In this document: positions 15,095-28,719 of the stretch, one piece after another
Layout of the letters: every line of letters begins with the position of its first letter
Numbering within the stretch: the stretch's first letter is position 1
Assembly (NCBI RefSeq): GCF_009914755.1
Contig: NC_060936.1
Length of the DNA: 64,000 bases
Source: the human T2T-CHM13v2.0 reference genome, Homo sapiens
Strand: one strand, 5' to 3'
Made by a program: the position numbers and the translations under genes
The notes under the pieces: model-generated
Databases searched by the model: none
Seen by the model: the letters and a program-made list of their open reading frames with translations, nothing else
Told to the model about the DNA's origin: nothing

Positions 15095-15327
15095 CTGGTG
15101 ATTCTTAACCAGGGGCAATTTTATCCTTCAGGAGACATTCCGTGACATCTGGAGACATTTTTTATTTTCATGAAGGGGGAGGGGGATTGCTACTGGCATC
15201 TATTAGGTAGAGGCCAGGGTTGTTGCTAAACATTTTCCAATGCACAGGACAGACTGTCCGCCCCTCTGCCTCCCAACACAAAATTTTGGGTCCCACATGT
15301 CAACAGTGCTGAGGTTGAGAATCCCTG
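15095..15327 (+). mobile_element. MER20, near full length
   Basis: TCTGGAGACATTTTT, GCTACTGGCATCTA, GTAGAGGCCAGGG, ends GCTGAGGTTGAGAATCCCTG. Confidence 0.9.
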
Positions 15328-15809
15328 TTCCAGAGCCTCTACATTCCAGACAGGCAGGTCCCAAAGCAGGGGTATAGGGAAAAAAGCCACAAGAGAAGGA
15401 TGTGATAGGAGTCCTGCTTATTTTAAAGATTAGCATTTACGTTTTTGTTATGTTTCTAGCAAGTTTAACAATAAATGCTATTATCCTGGGGAGCAATTAA
15501 ATATGGCCATTCCAGGCAGCCATAGAACCACCGTTTTTTTTTAATGGAAGTTCATAATTTGGACATCTCTTGCGGATCCTGTGGTCAACCAGGTATTGTG
15601 GGTCAATGTCTATGTACAGTTTTTCCTTGGCATATATGGAAGGAAGCAAATTGATTCCTCAGTTAAACTGATTTCACTTCAAAGAAATTAATCCCAGCTG
15701 AAGCAGGTTGTCAGAAATTTCAGGTGAGCCATCTAGAGAGAGAAAGAGGAATGTTGTGATCAGGCCTTCAACTTACAGCGAGTTTCTTTGCAAGAAAATG
15801 AAAACAAAG

Positions 15810-16040
15810 CACAGAGGTCACAGACTTTGGAGCCTGCTAAACTTTGCATAGTAAAAGTCCCAGCTCTGTTACTTCACTTGGGTAAATTACTTGGTCTTCT
15901 GGAGCCTCAGTGTTCTTGGTAAAGTGGGAGCATAATATATAACTTGCAGTTTGTTATTAAAAATTAAATCAGAAAATATATGTAAAATGCCCAGTGTCGG
16001 ATATAGCACACAGTAGAATCTCAGTATATTTCAGTTGTTT
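15810..16040 (+). mobile_element. MIR SINE
   Basis: CAGACTTTGGAGCC...CCCAGCTCTGTTACTT...GAGCCTCAGTG...CACAGTAGAATCTCA. Confidence 0.7.
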
Positions 16041-17309
16041 TAACTTAGCATCTGAGCTGCAACCTAGACAATTCACGTAATAAGAGGAGAGAAATTGCTT
16101 ATTTCCTGTTTATGCAGGAAAAAGTTTAGCTGGAAGAATCCAGTTTTGTCGCTGCACTGGCTGATGCTGCCCCGCTCCAGGTTGGTTGACCTTGTTGAAT
16201 AAACCCACTGATTTGGTCTAGATTTTTCTCTATAGAGCTTTAGTTGTGTAAGCCATATCCCTGATAAACGGGTCACAGCCATGATGAAGCAGGCGGAGGA
16301 ACCCCTCCTTTTGTTCATGGTTACTTGATCGTTTTTCCATCTCTTTTGTGCTTTCCTCATGTCCTGTGAACGTCCGGGACTCAAAGTCTCTGTAGGTATC
16401 AGAAGAGGCAAACCAACCTGCATGGGAGTGAGGCAATCCACCAGAGAGAGAACCTAGATTCCAATCACGGTTTTCGCCTCTGAAGTTATACGACCCTAGA
16501 CTCTGTGATGCTTAACCTTTGGTTTACCCCTGACCTCAGCTTGACCATAATGGTTATTGGGAAATTCACCACCATCCAAAAGGAATGTTTGGAAGGTTAA
16601 TGACATAATTGTGCCTAATCCTGGTGATGAGGGGAGAGTAAACGTCTACCTTCTGGAAGTGCATAATAAATCTTGGAGGTAAATTGCATTTCCCCTATTG
16701 AACTAAACATATCCTAAAGGAAAACCATATGAAGACCTTTCAGTTTTAAGGTCTTTATTCCCTTCAGGGGACTGCAAGACTTCCAGAACTTCTAGAGTGG
16801 GGAAAATCTATTCTCAGCACAAATAGAACTTTTGATCTCAAAGGGCTCTGAGTTCCCTACAAGGAAAACACTTTGTGCTATTATCTATTAGGTCAGCATG
16901 CAACATTTTCCTTGCAGCCTTCACTGAAACAGTCGTCACGTCTGTTTCCAGAACAGGGGAACTTTGATTGTTCAGCTCATGTTTCATTTTTTTCTGGATT
17001 AAAGCCCTCACAGACCACTCTCTCTACCTGATGCCGCTTTAGGATACAAGTTGGACCCCAAATCTAGACCTTCCTAAAAACCTTCCCCTGCCTGTAGGAA
17101 GGTACCCTTTTAAATCATTGAAACCTCAGTTACCTGAGATCACAAGTTTCACTCGACCTAAGGGGAGAATGGAAGAAAAAAAAATGTGAGGGTGGGCCTG
17201 ACCACCTGGGAGAATGTGGGGAAAATGGGAAGGAGAGGGCAAAGTTCTTCGTGCTTCCCAGGGTCAGCCATGAATTTTAAGCAAAGGATTAATTCTATGT
17301 AAAGATGAA

Positions 17310-17530
17310 AACTAGATATTTGTGAGCATGTACTATCTTCTATGTGTGATGCAAGGCATGTTCACATGCATTATCTGGCTTAATTTTTGCATCAACTTTC
17401 TGAAGGGGTGTTATTATCACCATCTTTACAGATTGGGAAAGAGTCATTAAGTTATTTGCCCAAAGTCACATAGCTTATAAATAAGAGCGAGGATTCAAAT
17501 CCAGAGTAGTCTGACTCCTACATTCATGCT
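17310..17530 (-). mobile_element. MIR SINE
   Basis: CATCTTTACAGATTGGGAAA...TTTGCCCAAAGTCACATAGC...GGATTCAAATCCAG. Confidence 0.75.
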
Positions 17531-20500
17531 TCCCCTCCCCACCCCCACTATAAACCAAGATCCTTTTGGAAATAGCAAAGACTTCCTTCACCTTTCTCTT
17601 CTACTTAGTTGCTTCACCCCTTTGTGACTTTTCTCCCGAAGGATTTTGGGAAATTCAATGGTATTAAGGCATGTGAGCACATGAAAATGGAGGCAATAAG
17701 CTTCTTGCAAACTTGATGATAACCATTACTGCAAATACTATTGTATTTGTAGTTGTAAAGTGCTTAGTATATGAATTCAACCCTATTATTACCTAGTAAT
17801 AGTGTGTATTATTATAATAACATACAATTATTTGGCTTGGGTAAAATTGGAATGTTGTATATTTAAGATGTCACCCATGTTCTATTTTTCTAGACTCACT
17901 GAAAAATACAGTTTAATGAATTGCATCAAAATCTGTATCTCATAGGAAGTCGATTTGCCTTAAATTTTCACATCAAATTTCCACCTTTACTCAGGAACTT
18001 CCTGTTTTCCAGTAACATTCACCAATTCAAATTTATTAACACTGAAAAATGCCTTAATCAAATAGCATACAGATGTCATATAATTCTTGATATGAGATGT
18101 ATCCATGGGAACCATTTGGCCCAACTAGCTAAATGCCTAGTTACTTGGAAAGATGTCTGCTCCTAGCTCCAGACTGCTGGGCAAGAAGCCCCAGAGACTA
18201 TATGCTGACAAGTGGACACTGCCAACACCATGAGATCCTTTCCCACTGCAGTGGGCTTACTAGGTAGCCCTGCCACTACAGAAAATACCTAATTAGCAGG
18301 CAATAATTCTTCAACTCTTTAACCTTTGACTTTCCGAGGGTATCTCTCCTTTCCCCTTTGTGCCCATTACAATTGATTAGAAGAGGCGATTAAAGTCAAT
18401 ATATAACATTCTGTAACTTTTTAGCAATGGTGATTTAAAAAAATAGTTGGTAGATAATTTTGAAATAATAAGCTCAAATGAGTTTTTAAAAAATATCCTG
18501 GTCCTGAGAAATTCATTTCTCTGACTTTATATATTTGATGTACATATTTCACATATTTGAACACTTCAAATATTTGAACACATATTTATTGATCACCTAT
18601 GATGGCTCCAGTCCTCTATAAGCTTATAATGTGGCATACAAGTAAATGCAGTATACTAAGTTTAACGTAAAGAAGTATGTGGTCTGTGACGTGTACCTTA
18701 TTACCACCACCAGCAAGGATTATTCCAGTTCAACAGTCTTGTTGCTTGTGTGTTGTGTGCTAGACTCAGTGCTAGATTATGAGGATAGCAAGGTGAATCG
18801 AAAACGGATCCTTGGATACCCAGTGTTAGGATTTAAAAAAAGTCTTATGAAGGGTGATGGCTAAATAAATAAATGACATTTAGGAATATCAGCATACTTA
18901 GGAACAGGCTGGGGCTCCTCACATCTCAGAAATTTTGGCTTGGTGATAATGCCAACTTCTGCTCCTATTTGCTTAAGAATCTCCTGTTGCATTCCTGGCT
19001 ACCTTCAGTTTAGAAGTCTTTAGGGCCCAGCTTGGAAGCTGTTTGTTTTCTAGTGGAGGAGAGGGGGTGGGTATGTAGTATGAGCGTTGCCTCTGTGAAG
19101 GTGCTAGATCGAACCCAGGTTCCTGGGAACCTTTCAGGAGATGGAGGTTTACTAGGGCTTGGACCTCATCCACCATTGTAGCCAAGGGCCCAGAATCAAA
19201 TTAGGTAATAGAGACTGGATCCAGCTTGCCCAAGGGTTTGGCAGGAACACAAGTGTCTGTGCGCCTGCTGGTGCATCATGTTGGTTCTGTGCCTGCTTCA
19301 GGGAAACGCTGAGATTGTGTTGATTACCATGCATCTAAATATCGGACCTCCATCCAAGTGACTTGCTTTAATTCCCTGGATGGGGCAGGTGGGACCCAAG
19401 ACCCCCTCTGCGCAGACTTTCCCTACTTAGGTCCCTTCTTGCTCTCAGTTGCTTGCCCTATGGGGCAGGGTGCAAACCCTTTTTGGTTGCTGGCTGCCCC
19501 AAGGGACAGGGTGAGTCTTGTTTAGCAAGGAAGAAGCCGGTGAATCTAGCTTTTGTTTTGCAATCCTTTGGGACATGCTTACAACAGAGGATTTCATGAT
19601 GAGTAAATTTTGGTCATTCTAAAAGGAAAATACATCCACAGATGTATTTGTCTTCTGGCTGTGGTTTCTGAAGTCATAATAAATTACATTAAAAGTACTT
19701 CTCTCATTGTCACTGTTCTTTTACTATTCAGTTAGACATTTAAAAAGATGATAGGTGGGCGAAAGATAAAAAGCTGAATGATTGTCTCTGCCTTGGGGGA
19801 GATGTTCTCATGGAAAGGAAGTGCACTGCTGGGCAATGCAGGGAGGTCATTTATGGGCAGCTGGATGGTTAAAATTCTGTCTTCTGCTGCTCTGTTTTCT
19901 CTATCAAAGTGTAGCTTAGCTTTGCCAGACTAGTTATTTTAAGCTATTGCAAACAATTTCAAAGCTTTATCTTTGCCCTTGGCTCCAGTAAAGTGGGGAC
20001 CCCCTGTGCAGTGCTCTCTTGGCGTTAAAATAGATCTGAGCTGCTCAAGGGCTGGGGAGGAGGTGGGTTGTTGCAGAGAGGGAAGGCAGACAACAGGGTG
20101 GGGGATGCTTTCAGGGCTAGACCATTAAGGGTGCTTCTTTAGGAAGCTTGAGGGATAGAAGTGCAGTTCTGGACAATGTGTAAACCTAAACATCATTTTA
20201 AAAGCCTTTTTGGTATTAGCAAAGGAAATCCATTCAGGCTACTTTGTATTTCATTTCTTTTGTTTTCTTGTTTTAAAATTCATATTTCCCCTTTATGATA
20301 GGTATCTGTCTATCCATCCATCCATCCATCTATACTAACATCTAGTTTTGGAGAGAGATTTCAGTAGTGAGAGAGAGAAAGATGTTGAGAAAGATATTTT
20401 GAGCATTCTGCCTAGGAGTTTCAGTCAATAGAAAAAGCAGTGTCCAGGAGATAGTACTGGACTGTTATTAGTTAGAATGCCTGAATTGTTCATAAGGAAC

Positions 20501-21207
20501 CAGCACAAATTGTGGCTGAAGTGTACCCTGCATCTGGAGTCTGTTGGGGGAAGTGCTGGCACTGGGGAGGTATAGGTACAGATGGGACATCTTACCATCT
20601 GTGAGCTCTCCATGACAGGCAGGGGATCAGACAAGCCCTAAGTGAGCGGGTAGATAAATTAGAGGGAATTTGGATGAGGTTATTTCCTCCCTTATTGGCT
20701 CAAGACTCTCCCAAATCTCATTACTAGGATTCTTTTTGTTGGCTTATGGCCTTGTTACTGTCCCATAGCTGTCTTATCAGGTTTTTACACCTTAGTGTGA
20801 ATTAGTTTATTGGCTTCTTTTCTTAGAACCAGGGAGAATGATGAGTAGATAATGAAGGAGAGGGCAAAAGGGAAAAAGGTAAGGAAAGTGAATGTTTGGG
20901 TGTACTACAGGTCAACTTCTTCTGGTGGAAACCCTTGCCCCGCAGGGCCTGCCAGCAGCAGCACTGCCTGTACTCTTCAGTTCTCCAAACAGAACCTTCT
21001 TTCCATTATTGAGATGTAACATCTGTTTTAAATTATGTCACTTGTACCAAGACAGTCAAGTGATTGGCACCTTCTTCAGAATAAGTGTGAAGGTAATGAG
21101 CCAGATGCTTCCAGGAGAGTATGTTATTACCTGCATGTAAGTTAGTCACAGGGTCGTGCATTCATTTTTTTAGGCCACCATTAAATGACTCCTATAGAGT
21201 ACATTTT

Positions 21208-21385
21208 TATTTTTTATTTTATTTAAGTTTTTTTGAGATGGAGTCTTGCTCTGTCGCCCTGGTTGCAGTGCAGTGGCGTGACCTTGGCTCACTGCAACCT
21301 CTGCCTCCCAGTTCAAGTGATACCCCTGCCCCAGCCTCCCAAGTAACTGGGACTACAGGCACATGCCACCACACCCAGCTAATTG
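21208..21385 (-). mobile_element. Alu right arm with poly(A) tail (third arm of a trimer)
   Basis: TTTTGAGATGGAGTCTTGCTCTGTCGCCC...CCACACCCAGCTAATT; no left arm of its own. Confidence 0.9.
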
Positions 21386-21386
21386 T

Positions 21387-21387
<1 letters not shown>

Positions 21388-21419
<32 letters not shown>
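21388..21419. repeat. (GT)16 microsatellite
   Basis: Perfect GT run at the position of the inner Alu tail. Confidence 0.95.
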
Positions 21420-21422
<3 letters not shown>

Positions 21423-21703
21423 AGACAATGTCTCTCTTTGTCACCCAGGCTGGAGTGCGATGACATGATCTCGACTCACTACAACCTCCGCCTCCCAGGT
21501 TCAAGTGATTCTTCTGCCTCAGCCTCCCTAGTAGCTGGGATTTCAGACGCCTGCCACCACACCTTGCTAATTTTTGTATGTTTAGTGAAGACAGGGCTTC
21601 ACCATGTTGGTGAGTCTCGTCTCAAACTCCTGACCTCAAGCAATCCACCTGCCTCGGCCTCCCACAGTGCTGGGATTACAGGCGTAAGCCATCATGCCTG
21701 GCC
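21420..21703 (-). mobile_element. Alu dimer (AluSx/Sz-like)
   Basis: Complete antisense dimer ending CATGCCTGGCC. Confidence 0.9.
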
Positions 21704-22094
21704 CTAGAGAGTACATTTTAAATCACTCCTCTGTGGCTTGAAGTTATTGTATGTGTAAAGAATGGATTCTCTTGTCTCGATGTAATATCTTTCCTCCAAA
21801 TAATAATAATTAAAAACACTTAACACTAGGGATTTGTGTATTGATTTACCAGCATCTTTTAATCAGGTTCCATAAAATCTTTATACAGTCTCCAGCAGGG
21901 AAATATATTATTAATTCCATTTTTCTAAAAGATAAGCCTCTGAAGTTAGGCCAAACCACTTGCTATGATAAATTGCTAGACTTATTTTTGTCTTTTAGGT
22001 GAATCCCCTCAGCTATTGGATTATCCAAACTCTTCTTATCATTCAGGTCCCATTTAAGTAACATCTCATGTTTATATACCTATTTTTAATGAAC

Positions 22095-22670
22095 ATTGAG
22101 GGCTTTGTACTGTGTCGGCTTGGCTACACTGTAACTATGTTTCCCAGAATCTTCTTTTCTTTGTGGTTTCAGGTTAGCATTGGCCACAGGTTTTTGCCCA
22201 ATATTTGAAAAGCCAAAGTGACCTTGTGCGTATATTATATTCTGAAGGTAGGTAGTAGGTCCCAGGCACTGTAGCAGCTCACACATGTGGTGGAATCTGC
22301 TGGCTCACCTAGTTGGTGTAGGGCAACTCCTAAACCTGAAGCTCCTCCAGCTCTTCATATCTCTTCCATCAGCCTCTCCAAGTGCTAAGGCAAGTGGGTG
22401 TGTCACCCAGGGCATCAGGACTGAGATGGTGGGAGACAGATAGAGGTCCCAGCTCATCCTTATGGTTTCTAGTTTGTTCTTATTTTCACTTTATATTCAG
22501 TTTTCCATCCTAGCTGTCTCTGTGGCTGAACTATAGTGAATTAACTATAGCGGACCAACTCTAGTCACAGTGACCATAGCCTGCATGGACTTCTTCATCA
22601 GCCTGCAAATACTGCTCCTACAATTGCATATGGTCTAACCTCTATAATAAATCCATTTTCTATATTATTT
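22095..22670 (+). mobile_element. ERVL LTR (LTR41/MLT2F-like)
   Basis: TGTGTCGGCTTGGCTACACTGTAACTATGTTTCCCAGAAT...CAGGTTAGCATTGGCCACA; 3' CTATAATAAATCC. Confidence 0.6.
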
Positions 22671-23279
22671 GTAGTAATATAGTGATGACTGTGTAACCCT
22701 GCATAATACCTAGAAATTTAGATTTATTTAACAAGCATGTGAAATGTAAGCTACATGAGGGTTTCCGAGAAGTTACGAAACCATTTCTGAATATAGATAA
22801 TATTTCTTAAATACAAGATGCCAGGGGTAGAGATAGAGCAAGAGATTATAATGGTGCAATGTAAGAAGAAATAGGGTAGCAATATAGCAAACTTTTTTTA
22901 CCATGTAATATCCTGTCCCCAGAATAGTGCTTGACACATAATAACTCCAAACTAAGTATTAATTGGGTTAGAGTCACAAGTTTGAGCTCTTTAACTATGA
23001 AGGGATAAGATAAGCAGTTCCCTATGTTTTGATTTTATCTTGCATTTCAGATGCCTGTGAGACTTCCAACTAGAGATTTGGGATTTGACAACTGGTTCTA
23101 TGGGTCTGATATCAGTAGAAAAATCTGGATGGAATCTATGTAAATTTGGGGACTATTAATATATAATGGGCATGGATAAGAAGTCAGGAAGAGGTAAGAG
23201 GGGAGATGGGCTGAGGAAAGAAACTTGGAAAACAAAATTGAATATTATATCAAGTTCTTACTTTCTGGTAACTGAATTA

Positions 23280-23706
23280 TAGAGCCACACCTTTGGCTTC
23301 ATGGTCGATGAGGTACACATTTATACCTTGACATTAGGCTGGGCTACCTGACTGACTTTGGCTAATGAAATGTTAGTGGACTTGATATGAGCAGAGGCTT
23401 GAAATGTGCTTGAGGAGTTGGACTTCCCCTCTTCTGTTCTGGTGATCTGCCCATGAGAGAAACGTGCTCCCAGGGGCTGCTGTTCCTTCAGGCTGGGTCC
23501 AGAATCAAAACAGGTAGAGATTAGAGCCCAACTTGCAACCCAGAGTCAAGCCCAGCTGACGCACACTCTGATGCCGTGCCCACCCTGGTTTGGCTAAACT
23601 ATAATTCACCTGCTGACTTGAAAATATGGGAATAAATGCTTGAATAAATCCCTGAGTTTTGGGATTGTTAGACAGCATTATTGTAGCAATTGCTGACTAA
23701 AATACA
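23280..23706 (+). mobile_element. MLT1J-like LTR inside an L2
   Basis: GACTTTGGCTAATGAAATGTTAGTGGA...GCAGAGGCTTGAAATGTGCTTG; ends GCAATTGCTGACTAAAATACA. Confidence 0.75.
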
Positions 23707-23719
23707 CAGCAAATATAAA

Positions 23720-24075
23720 CTGAAGAAAAATAACTTATGAAGGTATCTGAGAAGAAAGGGCCAGACAGGTAAGGGAGAACTCAGGAGCAAGGAGTATTGT
23801 AGGTGCCAAGAAGAGAGGGTTTCAACAAGGAAGAAGTGGCAATCAGTTTCAAGTGCTTGAAAGGTCAAGAAAGTCAAGGACCATAATGGAATTCACTGGA
23901 TTTGACAATGATGAGATTGATGAAATTTGTATCTGATTCCTACAAATTTCTCTGTGAAGTAGGAGATGCAATCTTCTGAGAGTGAGGAGGAAGAACAACA
24001 GGCCTGGAATAAAGTGGTAAAAGTTTGAAAATTCACTGAAGGGAAGGGGAGATAGAGACCATGTGATTTTCTCTA
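23720..24075 (-). mobile_element. L2 LINE segment
   Basis: GCCAAGAAGAGAGGGTTTCAACAAGGAAGAAGTGG...CACTGGATTTGACAA. Confidence 0.6.
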
Positions 24076-25549
24076 GCAATGACCATAACCTTGATAAAAG
24101 AAAAATCTAGGTGATGGATGTGGTGTTGGAGATTATTGGGATGTGTTAATAAAAAGGCAAACGTGTTCTTGTCAATCCCATCTATTATTGGCCCTTCTGA
24201 GTTCCTGAAGCACTAGAATCCATAATGTATACTTTTCAACTTTTTCATATGTTATATTCTTTCTGGCTTTATGTGCTAACAGTATTTTATCTCTCTTTCC
24301 CTCTCTCTGTTTATTCATTCACCCATTCATCTGTCTGTCCACCCACTCATCCATCCATTCTTTATGTCAGTCCCCCAAGGATATGAGGGAATTTATACAT
24401 AATGCTATATTGAAATGTTAAATTAAAAATACAAAATTCAGAATCAAGGAAAATGTAGATAAGAACATATTAGTCACATAGTAAGTACCCAAAACAATTT
24501 TTGATTGATCGATCAGGTAGCAACCAGAAAAATATGGCTTATAGACCTCATTCTAGATCTAGATTTCCCGCTTCAGGCATCTACCACTGTAATTAAGTCA
24601 TATTTTATGAAAAAAGAGGAATTTGAGAAAGCTAACATGAAATATAGGAATATTTAAACAATAAACTCTCAGTATGAAAAGTTAAAATAAATTCTCCTTT
24701 GTGTCTTAAATTACATAGGGAAGGAAAGCATTTTTATGTAATTTCCTCCATTCTTACCAGACCATGTGATCAGTCACTCTTGTCATACCTGCCCCTTAGG
24801 ATAGATAAAACAAGTAGTGCTGTCAGTTGTTAGACTTCTGCATGGAAAATATATTAGTGTTTACCTTTTGGGGAGATGGGCAACAGACTGCAAAATACAC
24901 AGTGAAATCTGTTTTTTTTTGTACAAACAAAAAACTTTTACCTACTTTAAAAGGAGAGCGCTTTCTTCATTGCATTTGCATAATTTTATAATGCATACCT
25001 AGAAAAATACAGAGTTATTTCCAGGAAAAGAAGTTTGGTTATCTTGGTTAATTAGTTCCTTTTCTAGCTCCTCTTCAATTGAAAGGAAAATGAAATTGGT
25101 ATCATAAGCCCTATGTGATAATCATATTTCATAATTATGCTATTACTAGTACCTTAACAATGGATTTAAAAGGCTGGTTCATCTCCCTTTAAAGTTTAAT
25201 ATTCACATAAATTGAAAATCATTTAGCAAACATACCTATATGTCTCCTTGGGTTAGAAAGAGCTTTTTAAGAAAATAAAATATAAATCAGTCCAAGTATC
25301 TCAGTCTTCAGGACCACAATTTCCTCCAGTTCCTCTGGCAACACAATTAACTCCAGTCATTTCCCAGACCTTCCCTACAGGGCCATAGATGCTGTGATAA
25401 TCTGGCAACAGGATGTTCTCCCAGACAAGTGACAAATCCCTATTGATAATATCCAAAGTTTTGATCATTGCACATATTCCCTTGACTTTTAAGGTAGCTT
25501 TTCCTTGCTCTTTCAATCAGCATCTGGATTGTAACCATTTCATAGAACT

Positions 25550-25700
25550 TAATCAATTTATTCATTCAATAAGTACACTTTTTTAGGACCTACTATGTGC
25601 CAGGCATTGCACAGGACCTGGGAATACAATGATGAACCAGATTGTGCATGTATTTATGGGACATTCTGTTTAGTGGTGAAGACAAACAGAATAATACAAC
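25550..25700 (-). mobile_element. L2 3' end
   Basis: TTTATTCATTCAATAA...CCTACTATGTGCCAGGCATTG...CTGGGAATACAATGATGAA. Confidence 0.7.
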
Positions 25701-28144
25701 GTAAGAACTCTCATTGTATTTCTTTTTCTTTGTTTCTCCCACTCAATGCATCTAAAACTGGGGCAGGGAAGTAGGAGTCTACGGACGTACTCTTTGAAGT
25801 CCGTATTTTCTATGGTAATTTAAAAAGCTTAAATTCACTTTGATGGTAATTAAATTTTTTCAAGTATATTCTTGGTCGTCTTGATAACTACTTTATAACT
25901 GAGTAATATCCTACCATTTCTGTGCCAAGTGTACGTTTATGTTTACTCAAAAAATCAGTTTTCATAAATAATCATTCACACTGAGAGATGTTTTTTCTAT
26001 ACTATGACCTCATTGATTGCATTATTGTAAAGCTGTTAATCCTAAGTTTTTGGTTTGTTATCTAGTATGTAAATTTTATATGTAAATTTGTTTTGGTTGC
26101 ACAGTTGCATAAATACAGCAGAAATAATTAATCCAAGTTTTATGCTTTTATTTATATTTAGTAACATTATGATAAAAGCCATTTAAGTCAAAAGAGGGAG
26201 GGGTTTACACTTTTCTTGAAAATTATAGGATAATTTTCCTTTAAAAGAAGTTCTGCTTTACTTGTGTTTGAGATAGTTCTGGTTCCCTGTCAGTAATCTT
26301 TCAGAAAAGCTGTTTGAGAAAATCCCTTTTCTTCATTTCCTTTGTGTTGGTGAAAACTGTCATCTGACAGGTTATGATCTTCCTTATTCCACCCTCAGCT
26401 CCTGAAGTGAGGGGGCGTCCAGCTAAGTGTGTTAGCAGAGTGTAATTTAGAAATACCAAAGGGCTGAGAGTTTTTTTTTTTTAACCCCATTAAAAATTCT
26501 TTAAGTGAAAACATTTAAGCAAGGTTAAGCACAGTAACCCTCTGGGTTATTTGTGAGTCAGATTTTCAGTTTTAAATCGGGCTATGTGTACTCCTAGCAT
26601 CCGATGAGCTATGGAGGATGTAAGAAGATGGAGGATATGACCATCACATTTTCATGGTGGTAAAAATTAGAAAATAAAAACAAATGCTATCTATGGGGTA
26701 AAATGCAATTTGCATGCATGTTTAAGTGAAAACTTCAAAGGAATTCCAAGTTTGAAGTCAGACACTGCTTTGGAATATGCTAGCAAACATTCCAGGGTCT
26801 GGCAATCTCTCTTCTCTGTCTTAAAGGGCTACTTTGGCAGAAACGTTTGGAAAGCGTTGTGCAGGAGAAATGCTACTCAGGGCAGGAAACCTGAAGTTGT
26901 CCCCTTCCTACCAGATCCTGAGTGTTTGCCTGGAAGATTGTGAAGATTTTCTTTTGCAAGATTTCTGGTGGTAGCATTATCAAATCTTGGGTTTTTTTCT
27001 GGCTCTCCTTACCACCCTGTCATGATAGTGGTTGCACTTTTTGTTCAATCGACAGCAGAGTGCATATTGCATATAAGGAGTTGAAGACATTTGCAATAAC
27101 ATCTCCCTCTGAGATCTTATATCTACAGATTGGAAACCACTGAAGTAGTTGACGGTCTCTTCATCTGACCATCTCATGCTCATCACGTCCTGGTCTCTGC
27201 CAACCAGTGTATCAAGTTTACTCATTCATTCAACAAAATTACAAGCTTCCTGAAGTGCAAGGAGCTGTCTACATGTAATTGGAAGCTCTAAACTTGCATT
27301 CCCACATCTCTCTCTTCTCCATTAAATATGCTGTCTCCTTGCATTTGGTTTAAATGCATTATCTATTTAATGTTGGCTCATTAGCCTTAATGTCTGTTTT
27401 AGTCAGGCTGAATCAATTAAAACACTAGTTAAGTTGGATCAGATCTCCAGTTTACCCCTCCAGTTTGGTGACTGAAGAAGCAGCAGGCCAAATAGCCAAA
27501 TTTGGATCCAGAGACATCAGTCCATTTATCTCCTCAGTCATTTTAAAGCTTCGTATGAAACTGTCTGCCAACATTTTGAGTCTATCCCTTTGCTTGGTAT
27601 AGTCTCTGTCTTTGAATAGTGATTCTTAAAGCAGGTGGCGGTGGTATGTGGATGTGTGTTTGTATATTTTGAAAAGCATATGGTAAAATTATTGTCTGAC
27701 TTATTTCTAATCTCAATATTTAATTTTTTCACATAACAGCAAAGGGAGGCATATGACTTTTTTGTTTATAAAAGAAGGCATGGATTTTAAAGAAATTTTA
27801 AGGTCATATTGCAAAATACAACCTTAGATTTTAGAGAGAGTGAAATCTTGCCTGTGTTCCAGATGTCACCTAACACTGTTACATAGTGAAAACATGCTAT
27901 TTTTAATGCTCCGTTCCTGATAATTTAGTAATTGCTTCTTATTAGTTTAGATTTCCAGCAGTCTCTATATCTTGAGAACAGGAAGTAAAATCAAAACAAA
28001 CAGAAGGCTTTAGTGACTTTGAAATATATGTTCTAAAGCTAGTAAGCCACACTATACTCTGCACATGCTCATTCAGACCCATTAACTCTCATATTATACA
28101 AAATTCAAACAACCTGGTGAGACAGAGTCTGTTGTTGTCTATCC

Positions 28145-28246
28145 TATGATTCTCAGACTTTATGTCTGGGGTGGGGCTTGGTAATTTGCATGTCTCACAA
28201 GTTCTCAGATAATGCTGGTCTGGGAATCACACTTTAAGAACAACTG
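28145..28246 (+). mobile_element. MER5 fragment
   Basis: TCTGGGGTGGGGC...AATTTGCAT...CACACTTTAAGAACAACTG, MER5 3' end. Confidence 0.65.
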
Positions 28247-28249
28247 GCC

Positions 28250-28706
<457 letters not shown>

Positions 28707-28719
28707 AACAACTGGCCTA

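Noticed and set aside
16073-16441. 122-aa minus-strand ORF in unique DNA
   Set aside because: Non-ATG start and no recognisable homology.
19628-19649. 9-bp hairpin AAATACATC-caca-GATGTATTT; also the palindrome CCATGGATCCATGG at 60600-60613
   Set aside because: Short isolated inverted repeats are expected by chance and are too short for a pre-miRNA.
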